DNA from: a virus
Virus genome (UHGV): UHGV-0283311
Strand: one strand, 5' to 3'
Length of the DNA: 46,932 bases
The notes under the pieces were generated by a model that saw only the letters and a list, made by a program, of their open reading frames with translations, ran no database searches and was not told where the DNA came from. The position numbers and the translations under genes are program-made. Of this stretch, positions 8,364 to 25,746 are shown one piece after another (position 1 is the stretch's first letter; each line of letters starts with the position of its first letter).

Positions 8364-9551
8364 TTAAGCTGTTCTCTGCCATACATACAGTACAAAGGAT
8401 GGCTGCTCAATGTTGAAAGCTTGTCCACCACCAACACTATTAGTGTTCCCGCTATGCGTATGCTCAGAAGAAGAAACTGTTACAGTACCATTGTGTGTAT
8501 GTGAACCAATACCAACTGTGTGGCTGTGAGCACCAATACCAACCGTATGGTTGTGGTTACCAGTTGTGTTAGTGGTAACACTGAAAGAGTGGCTGTGAGC
8601 ACCAGCGACTTCACAGACAGCATCTGCTGAGTACCATGATTGGTCATTTCTTGAAGACCAAACCATTGCAGGTCTTTCAGATAAACCACCACCTGATTCA
8701 TAGGTCAATCTGTGGTTATGAGCACCAGCAGCACTTGTTGACCCACTGCCAACATGGTTGTGGTTACCAGTCGTGTTAGTGGTCTTTGTTCCATAGTCAA
8801 AAGAGTTGGTAGTCTTAGTTCCATAATCAAAAGCTGAAATTGACACAGTTGCATTATGAGTGTGACCACCACCACTAAGAGACACGGAGTGTGAATGTTG
8901 AGGCATGTTATTAACTGACAAAGTGACAGTTGAAGCACCAAATACAGAGCCTGCTGGTCTTGTATCAGAGTCATAACCAACCAATGCTCTACCTTTTGAA
9001 ACTAACTCCCAAGTTCCTCCACAAATTAAATACGTAGAAGGGTTTGCAGAGTTCATGGAAAGATGGATAGTACCTACTGGATAAGAAGCCTGAACAGCCT
9101 TGTACAAGTTATTTACTGCTCTTGCTGTAGCATACTTATCTGCATCTTCGTTATAAAGGTTAGATGTTGTCCAGTTCTGAACATTACTCAATCCTACCTG
9201 TGCCTTAGTTGTATTATGTGGGTTGCTCTTGTCCTGAATATGCTGTTGAACAAGATTATTAACCTCTTCTGAAGACATAATCTGTAGATTTGCTCTTGCC
9301 TGAGCTACATTAGTAACGTCTGATAAGTTATTTGCAGCAACTAACTGAAGAGCATTGATAACGTTATCTAAACCAATTTGTGTTTTAGTAACACCATGAG
9401 GGTTATTTCTTAGGCTTGAGTGTGGAGCAAGTAATTGCTCAAGAGTGCATCTCTTATCCTCAATACCTTGTTTAAGATGGAAGATATCACTAAGGTCAAT
9501 TGGTAAGGCTGCTTGAGGCAAGGCACTAATTTGAATTTCACCTACTGCCAT
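8364..9551 (-). CDS. tail fiber protein (second, shares His-rich tip)
   Basis: C-terminal [25 protein letters not shown] and SFDYGTKTTN repeats paralogous to 5930..8317. Confidence 0.7.
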   Translation of the reverse strand: MAVGEIQISALPQAALPIDLSDIFHLKQGIEDKRCTLEQLLAPHSSLRNNPHGVTKTQIGLDNVINALQLVAANNLSDVTNVAQARANLQIMSSEEVNNLVQQHIQDKSNPHNTTKAQVGLSNVQNWTTSNLYNEDADKYATARAVNNLYKAVQASYPVGTIHLSMNSANPSTYLICGGTWELVSKGRALVGYDSDTRPAGSVFGASTVTLSVNNMPQHSHSVSLSGGGHTHNATVSISAFDYGTKTTNSFDYGTKTTNTTGNHNHVGSGSTSAAGAHNHRLTYESGGGLSERPAMVWSSRNDQSWYSADAVCEVAGAHSHSFSVTTNTTGNHNHTVGIGAHSHTVGIGSHTHNGTVTVSSSEHTHSGNTNSVGGGQAFNIEQPSFVLYVWQRTA

Positions 9552-9553
9552 TA

Positions 9554-17572
<8,019 letters not shown>

Positions 17573-17573
<1 letters not shown>

Positions 17574-17812
17574 TACATTTTTCCTGCTCTTCTAAGTTCG
17601 TTGTAAGCAATTTCCTCTTTATACGACCTCTGAATCTCAAGAAATTGTCTCAATGATAATAAATCAGAGAATGTCATAGCAAAGAGTTGGTCAAGTGTTT
17701 CTTTACACCCTTCCATACCATAAATAGCAAGCACAAATTTCATCTCGTCTGCTTCTTCATAGGTTGCCTCTACAGCAGCATCAGTTAGTGGTGTCTGTAG
17801 AGTGTTACCCAT
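17573..17812 (-). CDS. tail assembly chaperone, -1 frame extension ORF
   Basis: 79-aa ORF in the -1 frame relative to 17815..18213; that frame is open from 17893 through the slippery site. Confidence 0.5.
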
Positions 17813-17814
17813 GT

Positions 17815-18213
17815 TTACTGAGAAGTTAGGCTTTTGAAAATGCTTGCTTCGAAAAAACTTCCGAAGTTTGCCTCCAGCGCAAATGCTAAGTAATCAATAA
17901 ACTCACCGTAGTTTGCTTGGAAGTACGTATCAATATTAAGTGGGAAGTCGTCAATAGTTGCCCCTTGAAATAATAAGGTAGCCATCTCTTCAAGGTTAAT
18001 TTCTTCAATTCTGTCAAAACAAGCTTCAACAAGCTCTTTAAATGGAACCATTGGAGCTTCCTTCTTACCCTTGTCAGTCAGACTTGATAGCATCTGTGCA
18101 AAAGTTGGAACAACAATTTTACCCAACTTCATAGACATCTTAATACCATCTCTTGCCCCAAGCAGAACGATATTTACTTTCTTGCCATTAATTACTCTAG
18201 ATTCTGTTTTCAT
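17815..18213 (-). CDS. tail assembly chaperone (G-like)
   Basis: 132 aa between tube and tape measure genes; contains T_TTT_TTC heptamer near its 3' end. Confidence 0.6.
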   Translation of the reverse strand: MKTESRVINGKKVNIVLLGARDGIKMSMKLGKIVVPTFAQMLSSLTDKGKKEAPMVPFKELVEACFDRIEEINLEEMATLLFQGATIDDFPLNIDTYFQANYGEFIDYLAFALEANFGSFFEASIFKSLTSQ

Positions 18214-18240
18214 TGTGATTCCTTAATACTTTTAAAAGAA

Positions 18241-18276
18241 ACAAAAAAGGGGAAGACCTTTTAAAGTCTCCCCCTT
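18241..18276 (-). terminator. terminator/attenuator after tail tube gene
   Basis: minus-strand hairpin ggggagac-tttaaaa-ggtcttcccc followed by ttttttgtttctttt. Confidence 0.55.
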
Positions 18277-18286
18277 ATAGGATTTA

Positions 18287-18733
18287 TTAAACACTTGACG
18301 CTGGAATTGTAGAAGTGTAGTCTAGCTTCTCACAACCAAAAATCCAAGTTTTAGAGTTCTGGTCACGACCAAGTTCAATCTGCGGTAATTCCTGCAACCA
18401 AGCATTAATACCAGTTGCCAGAACAGAGCCTGATGGGTCGTAGATTACGAAGTTAGAAGAGATATCTTCTTCAAGTTCCATATTGTCTTGTTTAGCTTGA
18501 ATTGCAGAAAGCATCTGGTTAGAGAGAGAAGTCTGCATTAACTCAATCTCAATAGTACCTGTCTTGTCTGCATTTCTTGTCAGAGCAACTTGACCACCTG
18601 CACCAACAACTGGTGTCACAAGTGGTGATGTTCTCTGTAGACGCAAGAATGAATCTGGGGCAAAGCCTTCAATGGCAATACCATTCCAGCTACATACAAC
18701 GTCTTTAGGGGAATATTGCTGATACATAGCCAT
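18287..18733 (-). CDS. tail tube protein (putative)
   Basis: 148 aa between sheath-sized gene and chaperones. Confidence 0.5.
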   Translation of the reverse strand: MAMYQQYSPKDVVCSWNGIAIEGFAPDSFLRLQRTSPLVTPVVGAGGQVALTRNADKTGTIEIELMQTSLSNQMLSAIQAKQDNMELEEDISSNFVIYDPSGSVLATGINAWLQELPQIELGRDQNSKTWIFGCEKLDYTSTIPASSV

Positions 18734-18748
18734 TCCAATTTACCTCTA

Positions 18749-20101
18749 TTATTCGTAAGCCACTGTACCTTTCAAGTCAACATCCAAGATAGCCCCTGCT
18801 AAGATACCTGCGAAGGTAACGTCTTTCAGGATACGTGCTTTCTTGTCTGCTAAAGCAACTTGAGAGGCTTTAGGAACATTAACTGTGTAAGATGACAGGA
18901 AGTTTCTGTTGACTGCTCTTTGCAGAGAGGTTTCAATGACTTGACGAATACGAGTAATACCAGTATCATCATAAGTAATCTTACCACCCTTCTGGTTAAT
19001 TAGCAAGTCTCTCAGAGAAGTTTTCAGGTCTGATTCTAACCAGTCAACACCACGGATGATATCAATCCATTCCCCACCAGAAGTAATCCCTCTACGAACC
19101 ACTGGAACACCACCATCAAGGTCAATAAAGTTACAGTGACGTGCATCTAAAGCAGACTTCTGAATACTTGTCAGAGGTCTCTGATTAGATGGTTGTAGAG
19201 AAGCTGCTACACCAGTTAGCTGAGCATTACCCCAAGCAATCGAACCTGCGTCATATGGAGCACCATAAGCAATGTATGCCATCTCTGGATAATCTTCTGC
19301 TGCTGTGTGATGCCACAAGCAAACTGTACGAGTGTACATATTCTTAGCAAGCTGTGCTGGAACATCATTTGCACTGGCTAATTCTGTGCCTTGCAGTGCT
19401 GCTACATCTGAGTTAGCCGTAAAGAAGATTTTCTTGCGAGCCTGAATCTCAGAAGCCATTGCTAAGACAAACTGTTGAGTTCTGTCTTCTGCTGCAATGA
19501 AATACCAGTCAGTAGAATAAGCTTCGATAGCTGCCAGAGCAGTTGATGCTGTATCGGCAGTTGTACTTGCAATGTATACAGTCTGTGCTGTGGTTGTTAC
19601 TTTCACAAAGTCATTATCACCAGCTTTGGTAATAATCATTGTGGCAGAGCCATTGCTACCAGTTACATTCACAGAAACCTTATCTTTGATTGTTGGGTCA
19701 GCTTCAATCTGTGTTTTAAACTGTTGCAACACTACCTCAGCAGTGTCTGAGTCTTGTGCTGTGTACTGGTATGGTTGAGAAATTCCACCGCCAGCAGCTA
19801 CAGTAATTGAGTAGTCTGTACTTTCGGTAACGGCATCAGGAATTGATACAGTGTACTGCATAGCACGTCTACCAATATAAAGCTGAGTTACTTTAGGAGT
19901 CTGACTCCAAAGTTGTTTAGCAGCCTTATATGCAGCAGAGTTTTCATCGAAATCTTCAGCAACTTCAGTTAAGGAAGTGTAACCACGGACTCTTTCTTCA
20001 AAGTTATCTGTTGAAGCTAAGAATAGTGGCAAACCAAAACCTTCTCTTGTAGTTCCTGCGGTGTTCAATGTAATATCTACATTAACAATTGGATTCCACA
20101 T
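18749..20101 (-). CDS. tail sheath protein (putative)
   Basis: 450 aa directly upstream of tube gene, as in contractile-tail phages. Confidence 0.5.
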   Translation of the reverse strand: MWNPIVNVDITLNTAGTTREGFGLPLFLASTDNFEERVRGYTSLTEVAEDFDENSAAYKAAKQLWSQTPKVTQLYIGRRAMQYTVSIPDAVTESTDYSITVAAGGGISQPYQYTAQDSDTAEVVLQQFKTQIEADPTIKDKVSVNVTGSNGSATMIITKAGDNDFVKVTTTAQTVYIASTTADTASTALAAIEAYSTDWYFIAAEDRTQQFVLAMASEIQARKKIFFTANSDVAALQGTELASANDVPAQLAKNMYTRTVCLWHHTAAEDYPEMAYIAYGAPYDAGSIAWGNAQLTGVAASLQPSNQRPLTSIQKSALDARHCNFIDLDGGVPVVRRGITSGGEWIDIIRGVDWLESDLKTSLRDLLINQKGGKITYDDTGITRIRQVIETSLQRAVNRNFLSSYTVNVPKASQVALADKKARILKDVTFAGILAGAILDVDLKGTVAYE

Positions 20102-20701
20102 TTATTTTACCCCTTTGGAGTCTACATCTAGATGGATAGTATATTCTGGTGGCTCTTGTCCTTCTTCATAAACTAACTCACCATCAACAATGACACGCTC
20201 AATAATACTTCCACGTTCATCTTTCAGGACTGAGTTTTTTACAAGAGTTACAACAAGAGGTGCAGAATTTTCGAAATCTGTATTGAGATAAGTGTAATCA
20301 TTTGGGATTGCTCCAGTGTCCAGTACTGTAGCTCCTGTTTCTTCAAGGATTAAATCTCTGACTGAACTCATCTCTAATCGTTGTTTAAGCTCAAGCATAA
20401 TACTGTGAGCACCTTTACCATTTACCGTAATTAATACAGGAATCTGAAAAGCAATTCTGTAACAAACTACATCATCTTCAACAAACTTATCAAGAACCCA
20501 ACCATAAGGTGTTGCAGCATCTTGACAATATACGGTGATAAATGGCTGGTCAGGTTTTAAACCTTTGTCATTTGAGTTATCAGAAGGGTAAGCTCTAATT
20601 ACGTTTGGTCTATTATTTTTATCACGAGCTAATCTGTGACCAATAACATCCACTAAGGTTCTAACTAGACCTTTTTCAAGTTCTGCTGTTTCTAACTGCA
20701 T
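20102..20701 (-). CDS. hypothetical head-tail joining protein
   Basis: 199-aa ORF between capsid and sheath genes. Confidence 0.45.
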   Translation of the reverse strand: MQLETAELEKGLVRTLVDVIGHRLARDKNNRPNVIRAYPSDNSNDKGLKPDQPFITVYCQDAATPYGWVLDKFVEDDVVCYRIAFQIPVLITVNGKGAHSIMLELKQRLEMSSVRDLILEETGATVLDTGAIPNDYTYLNTDFENSAPLVVTLVKNSVLKDERGSIIERVIVDGELVYEEGQEPPEYTIHLDVDSKGVK

Positions 20702-21077
20702 TCAGTTTATCCCTTCTAATAATGATATATTCATAATGGGACGTATGGGCTAATTGCTGTGACCAATCCATAGTCATAAATACTTCATACTCATGACCAT
20801 CAATCATAACAATGTCAGACTCATTCCACTCTACATCATCTGAAGTTCTAAGCTTATATGTGGTATACAGGATTCTTGTATCAGTAAGTCTAATACCTTC
20901 CGGTAAAGCAATCTGTGTACCATTCTTTACAGAACCTTTGATATATGGCTGGATATTACCTTTACAGTTGACCTCTACAATATCTTGCGAAGCTACCCAA
21001 TCACCATCATCGTTATAATAACCGTCTTCAGAGACTTTACGCTTTACTACAAAGCTGTGTCTGTTTAAGAGTCTCAT
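20676..21077 (-). CDS. hypothetical head-tail joining protein
   Basis: 133-aa ORF, overlaps neighbour. Confidence 0.45.
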   Translation of the reverse strand: MRLLNRHSFVVKRKVSEDGYYNDDGDWVASQDIVEVNCKGNIQPYIKGSVKNGTQIALPEGIRLTDTRILYTTYKLRTSDDVEWNESDIVMIDGHEYEVFMTMDWSQQLAHTSHYEYIIIRRDKLNAVRNSRT

Positions 21078-21556
21078 TTCTTAATACCCTTCTTAGTAGA
21101 AATTTTATAAGCAAGGTTATCTCTTAAGTCACCTGTCTCAACAAGAGGTGCGTTAAAGCCTTTTTTCTTGACTGTGGAAGGTGCGTTAGGAGGGAGGATA
21201 GCAGAATTACCAAAACCCCTTTTAATTGCCTTTTGAGCATTCTTTGCAAATGCTTCTAAGGTATTTGAAGGGTCTGTGTTGAGACTGCTAAGTTGCTTAT
21301 ATAGATTCTTCTTAGTCTGCTCTAACAAGGTCTGTTTGTTTAGCATCATAGTGATTTCAAACAACCTACGATATACTTTACCAGAAGCTGAAGGAACCCC
21401 AATAACTTCTTGTAAATACATTAAAGCAGGATAAGAAAAACCAGAGCTATGTTGACCTTGTTCTTGAAAATACCCAACTTGAGCATTAGCCGTTTGCAAG
21501 TTCTTCATAGCCCCGACTAATTTTGCTCTAGCGGGGTGAATAACCCTTTTAACCAT
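21074..21556 (-). CDS. hypothetical head-tail joining protein
   Basis: 160-aa ORF, start/stop overlap. Confidence 0.45.
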   Translation of the reverse strand: MVKRVIHPARAKLVGAMKNLQTANAQVGYFQEQGQHSSGFSYPALMYLQEVIGVPSASGKVYRRLFEITMMLNKQTLLEQTKKNLYKQLSSLNTDPSNTLEAFAKNAQKAIKRGFGNSAILPPNAPSTVKKKGFNAPLVETGDLRDNLAYKISTKKGIKK

Positions 21557-22005
21557 TATTCATCTCGCTCGATAATAAATACGCCATTAACACGGTTGCA
21601 GTAATCTCTGCCTTCGTATCTGGCAGCATCACCATATTCTGTGTATTTCTTGACAGAGCAAGGATTCTGACGACGCATGTCAATATCACACTGATTAATA
21701 CCACCTGCATAGGGTAGTCCTGAAACAGAGCTTTTAACAAGGTCGTCATAAACAGCTTTCAGAGATTTGAATCTGGAAGAGTTACGTAAATAGACACCAC
21801 CAACTTTCTCATCTCCCATCTTGGCTACTTGAAAGAGTAAATATTTAAGAGCTTTGATGGCTGCTTTCTTTTCATCCTTTCCAGATTCTAGATAGAACCA
21901 CTCTAGCACAGACTGCTCAATAAGAATTTCATCATTATTGGTGTCTGTGCAGAGGATTCTTACTCTATCAAGAGGGTTATTGGCTGGGTCGCCTGTATAA
22001 CACAT
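21556..22005 (-). CDS. hypothetical protein
   Basis: 149-aa ORF immediately downstream of capsid gene. Confidence 0.45.
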   Translation of the reverse strand: MCYTGDPANNPLDRVRILCTDTNNDEILIEQSVLEWFYLESGKDEKKAAIKALKYLLFQVAKMGDEKVGGVYLRNSSRFKSLKAVYDDLVKSSVSGLPYAGGINQCDIDMRRQNPCSVKKYTEYGDAARYEGRDYCNRVNGVFIIERDE

Positions 22006-22026
22006 TCATAACCCTCCTTAAGAATA

Positions 22027-23133
22027 TTAGTCTGGTTTAGCGTCAGAACGAACGTCTACCAGCAACTGAGGACGTGTGCAGTATGGCAGCATGTAAGAGT
22101 GAGCTTCAAAGTCAATACCTTCGTCACGGTCTTTTTCGTATTCGAATACGTACAGTTCCTGACCAAGTGTATTTGCATAACCCATCTTAGGACATGGACC
22201 ATATGCCACTTCGAAGATGTTGTTTGCTTCACCCAGCATAGAAACGTTAGGGAAAGCATGACCTACACCAACAGTTGCTGCTACACTATCAATACTCACC
22301 AGAGTGTGAACCTTACCACGCTTATCTTTGAACTTGCCGTTGTACTGGACAAACTTAACACCACCGTAGTAGAAAGTGTTCATGTGAGCCTGAACGCCGT
22401 CAGTACCACCAGTTCTCAGAGAACCAGTAATCTGTTGCCAAGCCAGCGGAGTCTGCTGTGCAAGATAAGCGTCACGAATCTTAGGATGTTTAGTAAGCTT
22501 GCTGAAGAACACACGGTCAACAACTACGTGAATTTCTTCACCGTTGATTACAGTGCCAGTCTTAGCTTCATCTTCCATGTGCATACGCAGTTCTTCAATA
22601 GAAGCGTCGATGTCAGCATTAGGGTTGTCAAGGTCGAAGTAAATAGTCTTCTTCTCAACGTCGAACTGCTTGTACAGGTCAGCGTACAGAGTACCACGAG
22701 CATCAACAACTTTACCCTTCAGAGCTTGCATAAACAGGAACTCACGAGTAATATCGAACTTGGTACGAATCTTCATCAGCTTCTTGGCACGTACTACAGC
22801 TTCAGTAGCCAGTTCGTTTGCAGTGCCTGGCTGACGTACACCCTGAATCTCATCAGGAGTAATGCTTTCAACTTCTTTGAAGTACATCATTGGGAAGCTG
22901 ATTTGACGAACACGCTCAGGTGCGCTAGTCTCTGCTTTACGGCTATCACGGTCTACCGCATCAAGCAAGCTAACATCCCAATCAGTCAAGTCCATAAGGA
23001 AAGTAGTTTGGGTGATTGGTGCTGAACGGAATAGACCTAAGTTGGAAATATACCCATAAGTATTTGGGATAGACTGGACTTCACCAGTCAGGTCAGCAAG
23101 GAAAAATCTGCTTTTTTCAGAATTAGTCAACAT
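22027..23133 (-). CDS. major capsid protein (putative)
   Basis: 368 aa located after protease and decoration-like genes. Confidence 0.55.
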   Translation of the reverse strand: MLTNSEKSRFFLADLTGEVQSIPNTYGYISNLGLFRSAPITQTTFLMDLTDWDVSLLDAVDRDSRKAETSAPERVRQISFPMMYFKEVESITPDEIQGVRQPGTANELATEAVVRAKKLMKIRTKFDITREFLFMQALKGKVVDARGTLYADLYKQFDVEKKTIYFDLDNPNADIDASIEELRMHMEDEAKTGTVINGEEIHVVVDRVFFSKLTKHPKIRDAYLAQQTPLAWQQITGSLRTGGTDGVQAHMNTFYYGGVKFVQYNGKFKDKRGKVHTLVSIDSVAATVGVGHAFPNVSMLGEANNIFEVAYGPCPKMGYANTLGQELYVFEYEKDRDEGIDFEAHSYMLPYCTRPQLLVDVRSDAKPD

Positions 23134-23166
23134 TGTAAAATTCTCCAGAATGTCTTATTATTGTTA

Positions 23167-23544
23167 TTACAGGCCAGTTGGTACGAAATCAATACCTTTA
23201 GCAGCCAGAGCTGTCTTGACTGCATCAGCATCAACACCTGATTCAAGAGTAAGCAGGTCTTTTAGTTCTGCGTCACGGTAAATACCAACAACTTTCAACT
23301 GACCGTGGTAAGACAGTTGTAGGTCTGCGTAGAAGTTAACGATACATACAGAATCAGCCTGAGCTTCTTCCCCTGCTGCAACTTTAGTACCATCTGCTTT
23401 CAGGACTTCACCTACACGGTATTCTGTTGAAGCAACTGGAGTGTACTCTTTGCGAGAGTGACCTGTTGGGGTAACCTGTTCCCAAAGAATGATATCATTC
23501 AGAGGTTCTCTTTTACCTAAGTGAGTAAAACCTTCATATGCCAT
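23167..23544 (-). CDS. head decoration-like protein (putative)
   Basis: 125 aa between protease and capsid genes, the position of lambda gpD-type proteins. Confidence 0.4.
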   Translation of the reverse strand: MAYEGFTHLGKREPLNDIILWEQVTPTGHSRKEYTPVASTEYRVGEVLKADGTKVAAGEEAQADSVCIVNFYADLQLSYHGQLKVVGIYRDAELKDLLTLESGVDADAVKTALAAKGIDFVPTGL

Positions 23545-23555
23545 TATTGTGTTCC

Positions 23556-24902
23556 TTATTTGATAAGAGATTTTAGAGCATTCTGGAGAGCCAGTTTGCG
23601 TTGTTCAGCGGTGTCTTCGGAAGCATTCTTAGCTGGTTCTTTTTCTTCTTCAACCAAATCAGCTTCGCCGTCATTACCCATTTCTTCCATAGCATTAGAA
23701 TGTTCAAGAACAGCACCAGCAGTTTCTTTCAGCTTGGTAATTTCTGATTCTTTTTCTTCCATTGCAGAAGCATGGGACGCGATAGTTTCATTAAGTTTCT
23801 GGTTAGCACCTTCCATAGCATTCATAAACAGAACGCTCAGAGGGTTATCAAGACCAGCACCTAAAATAGTCGTTGCAGCTTCTTTTGCATCAAATCCAAA
23901 AGCTTCGGCAGAAGCAGAAATCTTATTAGTCAAATCTGACAAAGCAGCTTCCTGTTCTTTAGCTTTCATTTGAGCAACCTGAAGACGCAAAGCTTCTAGT
24001 TCTTGCTTTTCTTGTTCAGTCATTTCTTCACCTGAATTGTTAACGTTTAAACTTACAGGAGCCTCTTCAGAACCTTGTAAGTAATTTAAGAAATCATCTT
24101 GAGACATGATTGAGTTAATTAAACCAAGTTCAAGAGCTTCCTGAGCAGAATAAACATTCGCCTCAGTATTCTTTACAGCTTCTTCAGAGAGATTACGAGA
24201 TTCAGCTACAAAACCTGTAAAGGTTGCGTAGGTATCATTAATTCTCTTTTGAAGTCTTTCTTTGCTTTCTTCTGAGAGTGCTTGGAATGGTGAACCCATA
24301 CCTTTAAACTCACCAGCTTTGATGACGTTAATTGTTACGCCATTCTTTTCAAATGCCTTAGTTAATTCCTGATGAACCATGATTACACCAATAGAACCAA
24401 CATCTGCATCTGGTGATGCAATAATTTCTTCAGCAGAAGATGCAAGAGCGTATGCAGCGGAACAAGCGAACTCATCTACATAAGCAATAATTTTCTTTTG
24501 GCCTCTTGAAGCCATAATGTGACGTGCTAATTCAAAGCAACCTGAAGCTTCACCACCACCAGAATCGATGTGCAGAACAATAGTCTTGATTGACTCATCT
24601 GCTAAAGCTTCGTCAAAGCCTCTACGCAAACCTTCATAAGAGCTTAATCCACCTGTACACATTGCATCAATGAATGTCATACGATGGGTTAAACCACCCA
24701 TAATAGGGATAATAGCAATGTCATCTTTTACTTTTAAAAGACTTCTTGCTTCACCTTTGGGTTTATCAAAGTTTACTGCTGCTTGGACATCACCCAGCAA
24801 TCTGTTATTCACATAAGTTGCTGCTGAGTGAGCTAATGATTCAGTGGCTAGTAAAGGTTGGTTGAATAATCTATCAGCAAGTCTGAAGATATTCGAACTC
24901 AT
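23556..24902 (-). CDS. prohead protease (S49/ClpP-like) with C-terminal scaffold-like region
   Basis: TIVLHIDSGGGEASG and VDEFACSAAYALAS resemble S49 peptidase blocks; C-terminal charged helical region. Confidence 0.7.
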   Translation of the reverse strand: MSSNIFRLADRLFNQPLLATESLAHSAATYVNNRLLGDVQAAVNFDKPKGEARSLLKVKDDIAIIPIMGGLTHRMTFIDAMCTGGLSSYEGLRRGFDEALADESIKTIVLHIDSGGGEASGCFELARHIMASRGQKKIIAYVDEFACSAAYALASSAEEIIASPDADVGSIGVIMVHQELTKAFEKNGVTINVIKAGEFKGMGSPFQALSEESKERLQKRINDTYATFTGFVAESRNLSEEAVKNTEANVYSAQEALELGLINSIMSQDDFLNYLQGSEEAPVSLNVNNSGEEMTEQEKQELEALRLQVAQMKAKEQEAALSDLTNKISASAEAFGFDAKEAATTILGAGLDNPLSVLFMNAMEGANQKLNETIASHASAMEEKESEITKLKETAGAVLEHSNAMEEMGNDGEADLVEEEKEPAKNASEDTAEQRKLALQNALKSLIK

Positions 24903-24913
24903 TTTTACTCACC

Positions 24914-25246
24914 CTATTTGTTTAAATCTACAGAGACTGAAGAGATAACATAGATACCTTCTTCAGCAAAGAATTGAGGTTTGCTAAGAGCACCAGTTGC
25001 CACGCATTTATCGTTAGCATCCCACAAGCTATAGTGTGAGACCGTTGCAGAAGCTGGAACAGTAATGTTAACTGTGTCTTCTGAGGCAATCAAGCCATTA
25101 TCCGGTTCAGAAAAATAAATAACCACTGGCTGAGTAACCTTATTTGCTGTAGGGTCTGCCGTTGGGTCTACATTGTGTAAAATAATAGTCGTTGGGGTTA
25201 GCGTGGCGAGGATTTTATTCTTACCATCAATAGTTAATGTTCCCAT
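24914..25246 (-). CDS. hypothetical protein
   Basis: 110-aa ORF. Confidence 0.45.
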   Translation of the reverse strand: MGTLTIDGKNKILATLTPTTIILHNVDPTADPTANKVTQPVVIYFSEPDNGLIASEDTVNITVPASATVSHYSLWDANDKCVATGALSKPQFFAEEGIYVISSVSVDLNK

Positions 25247-25746
25247 TAATTAAACCTTACTTTTTGTTTAAGGACTGTTGAATGGTTACCAGATTCATCT
25301 ACCACATTTACAATCATATCATATACTTTACCTTTGACAAGTACTTTGTAATCATTTTGTGAAAAAATGTATTCAAGTCTGTTTGTTTCTTTATTAACTG
25401 TCATTGGAGATTGAAATGCAGTATCGAGGGTAATGAAAGCGGCTTCAATGCTATTAACATTTATACGTTTATTCTCGCAGTTATATAACTTTACACCCAA
25501 AAGGCATGAACTGTCAAATGGAATTTTAACAATTTCACTACAATTTCCTAAAATAAACGGTTTTCCACTCATTGGTGCATCAAGTAACCTGCAAATAGTG
25601 AAAACGTCAGAGGTTCCACCATCACTTACATAACCTGAAAGGCTGACCCTTGAGCCAGCCTCTACAGATAACTTGTCAGTAATGATAAGGACACCCCTAT
25701 ACGAATGCACTCGTGTAGCATTTGAAATAGAGATAACTTCAGCCAT
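25246..25746 (-). CDS. hypothetical protein
   Basis: 166-aa ORF. Confidence 0.45.
   Translation of the reverse strand: MAEVISISNATRVHSYRGVLIITDKLSVEAGSRVSLSGYVSDGGTSDVFTICRLLDAPMSGKPFILGNCSEIVKIPFDSSCLLGVKLYNCENKRINVNSIEAAFITLDTAFQSPMTVNKETNRLEYIFSQNDYKVLVKGKVYDMIVNVVDESGNHSTVLKQKVRFN

Noticed and set aside
22099-23025. 308-aa plus-strand ORF
   Set aside because: Lies entirely antisense within the putative capsid gene (22027..23133); Cys/Ser-rich low-complexity translation and no RBS; treated as a shadow ORF.
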